From NCBI GenBank assembly GCA_036172245.1, contig JAYWIR010000004.1:1-64000 (forward strand): a stretch of DNA of 64,000 bases. The letters run 5' to 3'. The notes under the pieces are model-generated. The model worked only from the letters and a program-made list of their open reading frames with translations. It was not told where the DNA came from and ran no database searches. The position numbers and the translations under genes were made by a program. This document shows positions 49,611 to 60,800 of the stretch, in pieces (within the stretch, counting starts at the first letter, position 1; the number at the start of each line of letters is the position of its first letter). Source of the stretch: Raillietiella orientalis (taxonomy: Eukaryota).

Positions 49611-49914
49611 CCTGACACTAAGGCAGTCGCAATAACTGGACCTGACGTGGAGACGAGTCCAGTTCGAACAAAAAATCAAGATAATCCTCAAGAGCACAAA
49701 AATGTGGGTCAAGGAGCTGACCACGAACATCATGAACATCCCGCTCTTTGTAAGCGTGCCGTGGGTCAGAGAAATGGCTCCAGAGAACAAGAACCCTAAC
49801 ACTAGGAGACAACTTGGAGACTAGTGGGAACACCCACGAGTGCGTGTGCTACGACAGAAGCGCCAGCTGCAAGGAAGAACAACCTACAAGTCCCCTGAAC
49901 TCTATCAGAACTCT

Positions 49915-50751
49915 GTATCCAGATGTCAGCTTTCCTGACTTTGGACACACACCACGATGACAACCATCTTTTAGGTTATCCGGTATGTCCGCACCTGACA
50001 TGTTTCATTACATGGAAACGTCCGCATCTTGTTTGCTACTGCGTTTCCACATCTACGCTTCCACCCTCTCCACTATCCACCCAACCACACTTCACATATT
50101 TTTCCACTTCCCTATTTCCAAGCACCTCTCTCCTTACAACGTATGCCCTCGCGTACCACCGCAAACCACGTACACCGAAATACTTGCTCCAATAACCAGA
50201 CGTCTCCTCATGAGCCGATATTCGATCATTCACTTTCGTATATGCATAGCCCGCCATACTTCCGAAATGATCCCCTTGCGCGGGACTCTGATACTTCAAG
50301 GCATTTCGGTATGACACCTTCATTCCAAATTCCTGACATATTCCCTATCATTAAATCTAACGACAACGGCTCCACCTTTACAGCCATTCCTTTCAATTTC
50401 ACGTAACGGTAATATCTCGCGAACTGCTCCAAATTCAATGCTCTCAACAAATCATACAAGTTCGCTTCTTCCTTATACATGAACATCCAAGAACAATTTA
50501 CAGGATCATTGTCCGCCGTCCTCTGCGATGCATAATGTGGCCCTTGCGACTCCCCATCGCTCCACCACTCGTAATGCACGCCCATATCTCCAACGCAGGT
50601 TTCTCAATATTCCCCACCTACGTCTACGTCTATTAAATCTACGGCGCCACTTGTAAGTGCTGTATCCCAATCTGGTCAGTCTTCGCCTCTTCGCCGCGTA
50701 ATTTCCTGCACGCTTACGCTTTCGATACGATGACGAGCATGGTGCTACCAT
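49915..50751 (-). pseudogene. cap: CRESS capsid, frameshifted, near full length (unit 5)
   Basis: RKRKRAG..RRRR N-terminus, VNCSWMFMY, RYYRYVKLKGMA, KVSYRN, YFGVRG; close to the unit 2 capsid. Confidence 0.85.
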
Positions 50752-51008
50752 TCGGCTACTAGATAGCCTACTGCCATGTTTTTCCCTTCCCCCTCCCTTT
50801 CATACTCCTGCTGGAGGGCTACGCCCACCCGACTATTCTAGCTTCTCACGAGGTCGGGTTTCACCAGGCACGGACATCTGGAAAGCTTATCGCTTTTCCG
50901 CGTATCAAAGTCTTTCGCGTGCGCGGACAAAAGCCAGATACTAAAAATAAATATGCTTACATAACAATTTCCCATGGTGTCGGATGATTACTGCGCAATA
51001 ATACTGAC

Positions 51009-51026
51009 CTGGGTAATACTGACCAG
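51009..51026 (-). promoter_or_regulatory. Third origin hairpin (decayed) with CAGTATTAC
   Basis: CTGG-GTAATACTGA-CCAG, positionally equivalent to 43697-43735. Confidence 0.75.
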
Positions 51027-51096
51027 ATTGAGCTACTACGCACTTACGGCGTACATAAACCAACACTGAGCATCCGAACCAGTCTTACCTCGGGTG

Positions 51097-51978
51097 ACGC
51101 CATACGCACTATTTTTTAACTGGTGTCTGACACTCTGTAACTACTCAGAAGACTTCAAGGCCATCAAGCAATGGTGTCGATGCAACTGCACATTTGACTG
51201 CATTGGCAAAGAAACGGCCGAGACAGGAACGCCACACCTCCAAGGCTATTTTCAACTGAAAGAGCCGAGAACACTTCCCGGTTTGCACCGTAAACCCTTT
51301 CATAAGTGCCATCTTGAGAAGACCAAAGGAAGCGCACAGAGCAACATTAGGTATTGCACCAAGCAGGACAAGGATGCATGGGTATACGGCGCCTTAAATG
51401 AACAAGCCAAACCATACGAGGAACACGTAAGATAACTACGTAGTTTCATTTTTCTCAAGGTCATATATTTCAGATCCTACAACTTGTAGAAAACGGCGCC
51501 GATGAACTGTATATCCTCAAACATCACACCTGCTTCTATGCAAAAAACATAAACTTTATAAAAGGATGCTTCAGGCTATCACGAACCAGGACACACCCAA
51601 ATCCACTCGCCAACCTCCAACTCAAAGAGTGGCAACTAAAAATCTTCGATATCATCCGACACGAACCCCACACAAGAGAAATCTACTGGGTCTATGATCC
51701 AGTAGGAAACGCCGTAAAAACTACCATGGCAAAATTCCTCTACCTCAAAAAAAAACGCAATCTACATATGCACAGCTGCAGGAAAGCCGACGCAGCTCAT
51801 ATATACAACGGCGAACGTATAGTGGTCGACTTCACCAAATATAATCAGGAGCACGTACCATACGGCTTCATAGAGTCTTTGAAAAATGGAATCACCTTCG
51901 ATTCCAAATACCAAGGATCTATTAAATATTTTCAGCCACCACATACCATTGTCTTCGCAAATTGGGAGCCGGACAAGA
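51097..51978 (+). pseudogene. rep: CRESS Rep with intron 51427-51473 (unit 5), frameshift in an A-run near 51750
   Basis: WCLTLCNY, TPHLQGY, YCTK; GTAAGA...TTTCAG intron joins PYEEH to ILQLVENG in frame; YDPVGNAVKTT, LKNG..SKY, HTIVFANW. Confidence 0.92.
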
Positions 51979-52429
51979 ATGGAATTTATCATAATCATTT
52001 GGTATTCAGTTTATGTTGTGTGTGTGAGGATGATGATATGATGTGTATAGGAATAAATAGAATTATGGTTATGGTACCGAAGCTCGTAGTAAATGAAGTC
52101 AATCCCCGGGCATTGGAAGAACACTTACCCCTATGGTTATGTGTTATAATAAACTGAATGATTAAAATGAATCTCAATTAGACAATATTGGAAATGTATT
52201 GTACGTTCAAACCTTCATAACTTTTGCAAAAAGAATGATAAGAACTCACATCAAAGGCAACAAAATACACGATGCATTGAGTAAAGGTTTCTCAAGCCCT
52301 ATGCTCAGTGGAGCTTGTAGAACTTGTTCTTTCACATCATAGGAATCTGATCAACGAATCTAACGTTAAATGAATTTTCTCTAGGCGGGGTGCGGATGTT
52401 CGCACCGTATTCCTGCGTACTGGAATCAG

Positions 52430-52850
52430 AGCCAGATAGTGGTGTTTGAGCTAACTTCATTATTGGTCATTCGAAGAGCAATAATGGAGTTCCTTGATTT
52501 TTCCTGGGAAACAGTATCCAGCTTGCTACCTGGTAAATTGCAGCGCGTAAGAAGAGCTCTCGAAGTAGTAAACAAGAGACCAAACTTTGGGTTTGCAAAG
52601 GACTTGAGGGAAATCAAGTCCACAAATTACAATAACATAGGATATGCAGCAAACTCTGGGGTATCAAGTCTCGCAACAATTAATACCTAAGGGATGGATC
52701 GCCAATCCCAAGCAGAGAGTTCAGTTAGACGTAAGGATCCCCGGATAGCGGTCTACAATAGAGGATGCTGAGTGCCAAAGTTCGTGCAACAAGAAATCGA
52801 AGGAATAAAAGCTCTTTGTGAAGCCGCACATAGCTTAACCATTCCATTGC
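52430..52850 (+). pseudogene. Endogenous viral element: chuvirus-like (Jingchuvirales) nucleoprotein C-terminal part
   Basis: TSLLVIRRAIMEFLDFSW..LLPG..ALEVV..PNFGFAKDLREIKSTNYNNIGYAA then (next frame) GWIANPK..LD..I; matches my recollection of chuvirus N motifs. Confidence 0.65.
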
Positions 52851-55693
52851 TGACTTGGCGCAACAAGACCATGCACAAAGTGAGCTATGCAGGGAAACTG
52901 CCAAGGGCCACCCTCTCTCACCTAATCTCCTTCCCTCCATAATCCTATCCACTTCATGAGAAAAACAAATCTGTGCAAGGTGAAAAAAACTGCAAAATAA
53001 CTCAAGATTTGTGGAGAAAATGGCACTAAATATTAACAGTGTCTGATTGAAGGTTGTTTTTGGATCGAGAATAAGAAAACAAGATCATCCCACCGTAAGT
53101 TAGACTGGGGGAAGAGTTCAACGAAACGAACCGACGAGCCAGTTTCAGCTGGAATCACTGAGAACGAGTTTCGCTCCTACCCAAAAAACGCTGGACTAAA
53201 TATGGAATTTTTATTAATAAAAAATGTTCCAGAGGACTCAAAGGCTTTCAAGAGTACCGATGTAACGTTTTCTGAAACCTATATGAATTGGGTGATCTCT
53301 AAACTCGATACCGGAAATTGAAATCACCAACATTAAAGTGACTAATATTCGAACTTTCCTTACTTTCCAAATCCAGAAGGTTCAACTCTGGAGAGTAAAA
53401 GAACTGATTAAAAATGGTAATTCGATTTGATTATCATTCTTTTTGTTCCTGACAACTACTTTCATGAGGGCAGACTGATTAATATCAAACATTAAAACCT
53501 CATCCAGTTTCAACAGGTTTTCACAAAAGTTTCTGCAAACCCATCAGTGTATAGACTTAATATTATCAAATGCCCAGTATTAACAAAAAGAAGCATTACT
53601 ACAATACATGTTGTTTGAAAATCCTTTAAAAGTTGCACAAGAGTCACACTAATCAAAGCAAATCACAAAGCATGACGCCTTTCCATTTAGATATAATAGG
53701 ATTACTTTCATGAACCAAGCAGACTACGACAGCACCATTCCTTACTTGGGAATCTTATGCTGGAATGTGTACAAATGAAATGGAACTGAGTGCAATATGA
53801 ATTCCTACACAGAGAAGCATTATAAATCCCAACTTCATCCTTACTATTCCTCCGATGCATAGGCCGCAAGCTTTCGACACAATACACATGGCCCACATAC
53901 ACTCCAATAGTATCAACCAAAACTACCTATCTTTCTCTGTGCATGTGTCTCTTTACCAAACGATGATCAAGAAACCGATACTATTCCAAGCTACATTATC
54001 ATCAAAGCCTTATTATCATAAACATTACGTTCATTTTACACATTGCATTATTTTGTTCGTGCATTCTCAATATACATGCATTCATACAAACATTATATAA
54101 CGTACTATTGTAATAGGAATACTGAGACACTCTAATAACACTACAACAGCTGCCATAGCTCTATTTTCCAATAACAAGTCAGGAATCGAACCTCAGCTCC
54201 CTCATACCTCCTTGACTTCAGTGTTCATGGAATTTTACTTTCAACATCTCCTAAAACAGGGAGTACTGCATGCTCAAAAAATTCACATATATACAAAGCA
54301 TTCAACGCATCCATACCTTAAAGGGCAGTCTAGCTATATACATAGTGCATATAACCTTCTGATCTTAAAAATATAAAATAGCTAATATGTTAAAAAAATA
54401 AACCGGAAAAAATAAAGCCACGCAAGTTCACAACAAAAGCTGATTTCAGAGACACTAAAAGAGCCAATAATTTGTTTCACTTCTTTATACACAAAGCAAT
54501 GCAAAGTATTGAGTCATTAAGTCTAAAAGTACTTTTTTCATGGGCCAACTTCACACTGATTTGTGAATCATAATAGCTACATTAACTGCAAACAAATACA
54601 AAATGCAGTTGTTCCTCATTGCTTGCACAATGCATCCTAATCACTGCAAACATTACAATGTGCAGAGTCAAACAAAAAGTAGACACACATATGCAAAACT
54701 CAGCAAAACGTCTTCAGTCTTTATTTATGTCCCCTATTAATAAACCAAGGATAGAGGCAGAATTAAAAGTGGTAATTCTCGGTATAACTTGGGAATCACA
54801 CAAAAAATAACTAAGAACAGGAGTTTCAAACATTTTAGCTATTTAGACAAAGCATAAATTTTGTTTTCCAAATCACTCATAACCAGCTTTTAACATTAAA
54901 TAGTTTGACTTTTTACGTAATCCATTAAAACGAAAACGCCATTTGACAGTGCCTCAACCTAGAAGTAATTTTGCACAAAAATTATCAAACATCACAAGTG
55001 AATGAATGGAAGATGAATAACTACTTAATAAATAATGAACTTTACATTTACTATTCTCAAGTAAATGTCAAATGATTTTTACAATGCTTTTGCTAAAAAT
55101 ACTCTGTGCTCCCAGTTCATTGAAGTTATTCAGACAACCTATGAATCCAAAGACAAGTACAATTCAATTGTTGCTGATTTTATCTAATATTCTATGGAAA
55201 GTGAAACATTTGATCTGCCAGTACATTCAAATAATGAATTCTCCAGTGAAAACAACTGGAAAAACAAAAAAAAACTGTCAAACTGATAAACAAAACTACC
55301 AAAATAAACAAATACATCTCTAGATTAAACCCCATGAAAAATTTGGGTAAAACACAAGTTAATAGAGATTAAAAATTACGTTCTCAATAGACAAACATCA
55401 ATTAAACTTCTTGTAACTCACATTACTGATATGGAACAAAACCACAGAAATCTCTATTTGCTCTCTCTTGATTTTTTCCTAGGTTTGCAGGATATACTTT
55501 ATTCTGGCTTACACCATCCTCAGATAAAAGTCATGACTATTATGACTCACCAAAACACTGCTCTTTCAAAAAACAATCGCCTCTTCTCACTGTTTCTACC
55601 AGTTTCACAATATTCTGTAAGAAAAAGTACTTAGAATTCAAGCAATTATCAAAATACTTACTTTTGAAACAATTTACTTTAAATAATGAGGTA

Positions 55694-57804
55694 CTAACTA
55701 GGAAAGTCACTAAATTTTTCATAAAAAAGCATATATGCTTGGGTTCCTAACACAGCAGCTGAGCTACTTAGTTGGACATCAGTATCAGAAATACAATACC
55801 AAAGGTCATTATGACCTTTGCGATATGTCACAAAATGACCAGAAAAAACATCTCCCAAGTGTGTGATCACAGCTTTTAATTCATAGAATGAGTTACACTT
55901 CACAGAACTTTTGGATTGGCTTTCATTTTCCATTTGACAATAAAGAAATGGTTGTAAAGAAAGCATCTGTGGGAATTCCACATGCACATTACACTTAATA
56001 ACTTGTCCTGATGGCAGCCATTTTGTTCTTTGTAAATGCAAAATCAGCACCTGAGGTGACTGACCCACAATTAAAGCATTAGTCAAGTCTAAAATACACT
56101 GAATATACCTGCATTATGGTAGTATTCTTAACAAAACTAGCAACTGGACCACAAGCACAAGTCAAACCAGTCATCAACTCTGGTCTAGTAAATGCCTTTA
56201 GCAAGGACACAAGAGTCAAACAGTTATACTGTAAATTGGTTAGTATAAGTGGCAAAGAAATAACGATAAAACGATCACAAATCACTGGATACTGCAATAA
56301 TACTAAAATGAGAGCTTATTTCGAAAACAACTTACCTTCTTTCCACATAATACACATGTTAACTGACTGGCTAACAATCCAAAGAAAGGTAAACTACTGA
56401 GCATCCTTTGATCTTTGTTTCCACAATACATTTCTGTGTTCCAAGAACTCTGCAGAATACATTCCACAGGATTAGATAAGCATTTTTCTGATTCTTCCTG
56501 AAGAGTGCTGCTTAATAATAGTAAAAACTCATGTGCATCTTGTTCGCCTGCTTGAAATGACCAGCCACTATCCCAAAGAGCAGACAGTACCAAAGATGAA
56601 CTGCTACAACTAGGATCTCCAATGTTAATTCCTGAACAAATCTCTTAGTATCTCAGTAAAATATTTACATAAAATTCTACCTTCTAATGTTTTGTATAAA
56701 GCCCTGTGTAATGTAAGGCCTGAATACTTATTGACTTTGATTTCCAAAGTTCTCAAGAATATCTCACAAGATGCTAAAGCTTGCAAAACAGCATTCACAA
56801 AGCAACTGTTTCCTACATTTACTAATCCCAGAGGATGCTGGAAATTATCTAAAACATAATGGTGTTTACTAAACTAATTAAGAAAACCTAAAACAAAACA
56901 CACTGAACTTTTCCTTCTGATATTTAAAATTATTCTGATATGTCTCCTAGTTCAACAATAATCAATTCTACATTATAACTTTAAGAAACTCACCACGAAT
57001 GCTACCAAATTGCCTATACCGGAAAACATTAAAAAAATCAAGTCACTTTGAATGACATGGATTTCACAGGAAATCAAAGCACGACTCATAAAGTTCATTA
57101 GCGATAGATGAAGAAATAAAATAAGATTCGAACTGTACTTTCACTTCTCATTTTACATCTGTATTTGGTCGAGTATTGAAATAGTGAAAGTGAAACATAT
57201 TAATTTGCTGATGATGTATCCGGCCTGCAGGTACGTTTCTTACATCCACAAATGTAATACAGCCCCGATGTATTCCACTGATGGATCACATTTTGATTTT
57301 CGACCAAATCTACTGTAAGTTTCTTTTTCGAAAATATTGTACTTCAAATGAAGCTTTTTGTTTATGGGCCTGCTTCAAATACAACCTTCAAATACATGAC
57401 AGCACGGTATTCAGAAGGCACGAAAAGGATGCAGTAAGATTCCTTACAACTGAAGAGCACTGCAAATGATGTACGAAAGGTTTAAACCATCGAATACTTT
57501 TCGAATCAGTGAAACTTCATGATTTGAACACAAAAGTTTCACTGCCTCGAAGATTGCGCTACGCCAAAAACAGCAAATCAAATTTGAACTCTGTTTACCA
57601 CTGACTTGCAAATGGAAACTTTTAGATCGGAAACTTTGCAGAGAAATTAAAAAAAATTCAGGATTGGAATAGTACCAACTGCGTACCTGTAGCTACATGC
57701 GATTCTTTTTTTTTTTTCACCGAACCAAATCCAAACAGCACGTAATATATGGATATCGAAAGTGCACTCAGAAGCACCGAGATTGCTGCGAGCATGCTCT
57801 CCAT
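55694..57804 (-). CDS. USP30: USP30-like ubiquitin-specific protease; 5 exons 57804-57687, 56848-56681, 56631-56336, 56291-56109, 56059-55694 (376 aa)
   Basis: N-terminal hydrophobic segment then basic patch; Cys box GLVNVGNSCFVNAVLQAL; QDAHEF; His box HLGDVFSGHFVTYR, WYCISD, AYMLFYEK; GT-AG introns with consistent phases. Confidence 0.85.
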
Positions 57805-60800
57805 GCTCCACCAGACGTAGGAACAGCGGAAACGGAACGAAGTGTCTTCACGTGTCACCGCCGTTACAACTTTACTGTTCCCCTAAATGTGATAATTTCC
57901 GCAGAATACACGGTTTCCGTGGCAAACCCCGTTCCCCTCTCTCCCAATGGACTCTCCACTGACCCACCGGGTGCACTCACCCAAGATTCTTGCCTGCCTT
58001 CGAGACTGCTGACCCTTTTGTACGGATGCAACACAGGTGGAAAGTTGCAGAGGAATTCAGATCCGGCATGTTTGTACAAGGATGCAGGGGGTTTGAAAAC
58101 TGCTTGATGCAAGTCTGCAGTTGATAATCCAGCAATCAGTTGGACCTTAGAGAAGTAATTATTGGTACAGTAAGCGGGTACATTCTTCTGGCAATACTGA
58201 ATGACTCGTTACGATTTAAAAAAATTACACGTCACTCAAATTTAATTGCAATATAATAACCCACTCCACACACATTTGTTCTATGGAAAGGTTAAAGAAA
58301 TTTAGTTTTTTTTAAAAAAAAAGAAAAAAAAAGTAGTATTGTGATTTCAAAACGAGTAAAATAATCATTGGGTGTACCCATTGTCAGTATAATTGATGGA
58401 ACTAATGTTTTAGACAGTAAAACGAACATGAAGTTTGAAAGTATAAAGACTATAAAAAAAAAATTGCTGATACCTTGTTCCACACAAATATTGTTGCATT
58501 ATAAATTGGCCTATATGTTCTCACTGCCTGTAATGATGCTTCAAATGAATTTACAGTTGTTCTTCATCGTATAAATTAGCTTCCTTTCAGAAAATAAGCA
58601 GTTGTAAGGAGTTTCCATAGCAATTGCCTGTGAGGGATTTCTATAGGAGACAAAAGAATGATAAATGAATTCGAAATCTTATTCCGAAAGAAAAAGAAGA
58701 AAACTCTCCTCAGCTCCATTTTTTATGCACCAGTCCCCATTGCAGATTTTGGAATGAACTTGCAACTAATGAATTACACTATAGTAAGTCTTCACTCTGT
58801 TCTTTCGAAGATGCAAAGAGTTTACTGGCACGATATATGGATTTCTAGTAAGATCGTCGTGAATTCGTTGAGTATTCAGAATTTCTCGATTATTGTGAGA
58901 GGTCTCATAATAAATACCTTATCACAATAAAAAAGTGATTCATTTGAAGTAATTAGGATGTACTTGCTGATTGGTTTTTTGTGTGTTCAACTTTGGAAAA
59001 AGTTTTAACATCGTCTTCCACCTGGAAAAAAGTTATGCAGTTTATACACAGTTTTGTAAGCATCGGCTAATTTTGTAGGGATAGAACAGTTTGCTTTGGA
59101 ATCAATAGCTTTCATGGAATCATAAAAATTTAATTGTAGCTTTTAAAGGTAAAGACGATTTCTTTACCAAGCTTTTTAAAAGAGGATCCTTCCTGAAGTC
59201 TCAGAATTAGTTTGGCAGAATGTTCCTGAAATTGATTTGTCTCAAAGCATTCGAAAGATAACTCCCCGATTTCATACTACTGACCTAATTCTAACTCAAA
59301 CAAAATTAACCGACCGATCAATGTTTTTGTTACTCATGAGATAAAGCAATATGAAAGATGAAGCTGTTGAACTGTATCCTGGCTAGCAGTTTGATGAATC
59401 AGCTAGTTTGAAGGACAGTAATGATAGGTGTTGTGTAACACTTTATAATGTGTCTACACACTTAGCATTGGATGGGGGAATGTTTCTTCCGAGTCGAATG
59501 TCAGGAGACGACAGGCTTATCTTCACTGTCAATCGACTCAAGTTTGTTAAAAGTGTGACCTTTAGAGAGGAAAAAAACTGCGGTGTCGTAATTGAAAACT
59601 GAAGTTTTTCCAAATGCTTGTGTACATAGCTCTACAAGTTTGAAGGCAAACTTGTAGAGCTTTCAGTTGTCCCAAGAGGTTGTTCTATAAAAACACAATC
59701 ATTTGTCTGGGTTGACAAAAATTGCAAACACCATTATGGAAACTGTAGAAATATTGTTGTTGGATTATCTCTGATGCTAATAGTAGAAGGCATTCATATC
59801 CTTTTTGTTTCCACTGTTTCATTTGTTTTCAGTGCAAATTTGCATTTTTCTGTCGTGGCAGCTTTGCTGAGATCGCGACATTATGATGTGCTTACGTGAT
59901 TATTTATGTGGCACAGTTGCCCAGTCTATCACCCTAGACTGAAAGATATGAATAGTAAATTAAAGAGAAAATTCTCGTGTACAAATTGCCATGCTATTCA
60001 TAAAGACTAACGTGCATTTGTGTCTGTCAGCAGGCAAATTGTTGCCAACAAGAATCATACTGATGCTTTGATGAAGCACCCTTGTCTGTATTATGCCTAC
60101 AGCACTAATGAAACTACCATTGTGCTCCTCGTTGGAGATGCTGAGACAACTTTCGTGAAAATAAACCTAGTCCCCCGCCGGGAGACTGGATTTATTTTTC
60201 ATTTTCCTATACAACAAGCAAAGCACGGATGAGCTGTTATGCTGGACCAAAGTGCTATATAATACGAAACTGCCATCTCAAGAAGTCTACAGATTTCTGA
60301 TAGCACATCCCTATCTGTTTGTTTACATATGTTGAATGGCTGAAGAGTTTGGAAAACGCTCATTTCTACCACTCATTTTTTCTGCAGTTTCATAACTTGG
60401 AATTGGGTTTTCGTTAGCACGGTGTTTTTTTTGTTTTTTTTCAAAAAAAATTACATGAAAGGATGAACAGGTCCATAGCCTTTTTTGGAATTGTGTGTAG
60501 CCTATCCGTGTTGTGTTACCTTTTCTCCTTATGAGTGAATTTTCAAGATAGGATTCCGGACCTTCGTTTCAATATAAGCTGAAAGTTTTCGGTGGTGCTT
60601 CTGTTTGGATTCACCTGAGAATTGCAATCAGCAGTTTGGAAGGATTGCCAAAAACATGAACCAAAAATGCGGTTAAATATTTTGCACATGTCACTTTTCT
60701 TTAAGCAAAGCTTGGAAAGTAACTAAATTCCATTGCTTTCCCGTTCTCTGTCTTCTATGGTACGGAGTCAGCAGTAATTTATTTCAGAGAAATCTTAAAC

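Noticed and set aside
51980..52400. AT-rich segment between Rep and chu-like N as another viral fragment
   Set aside because: The frames I translated have several stops and no recognisable similarity
52725..52952. 75-aa minus-strand ORF
   Set aside because: Overlaps the plus-strand chuvirus-like N continuation; no recognisable motif
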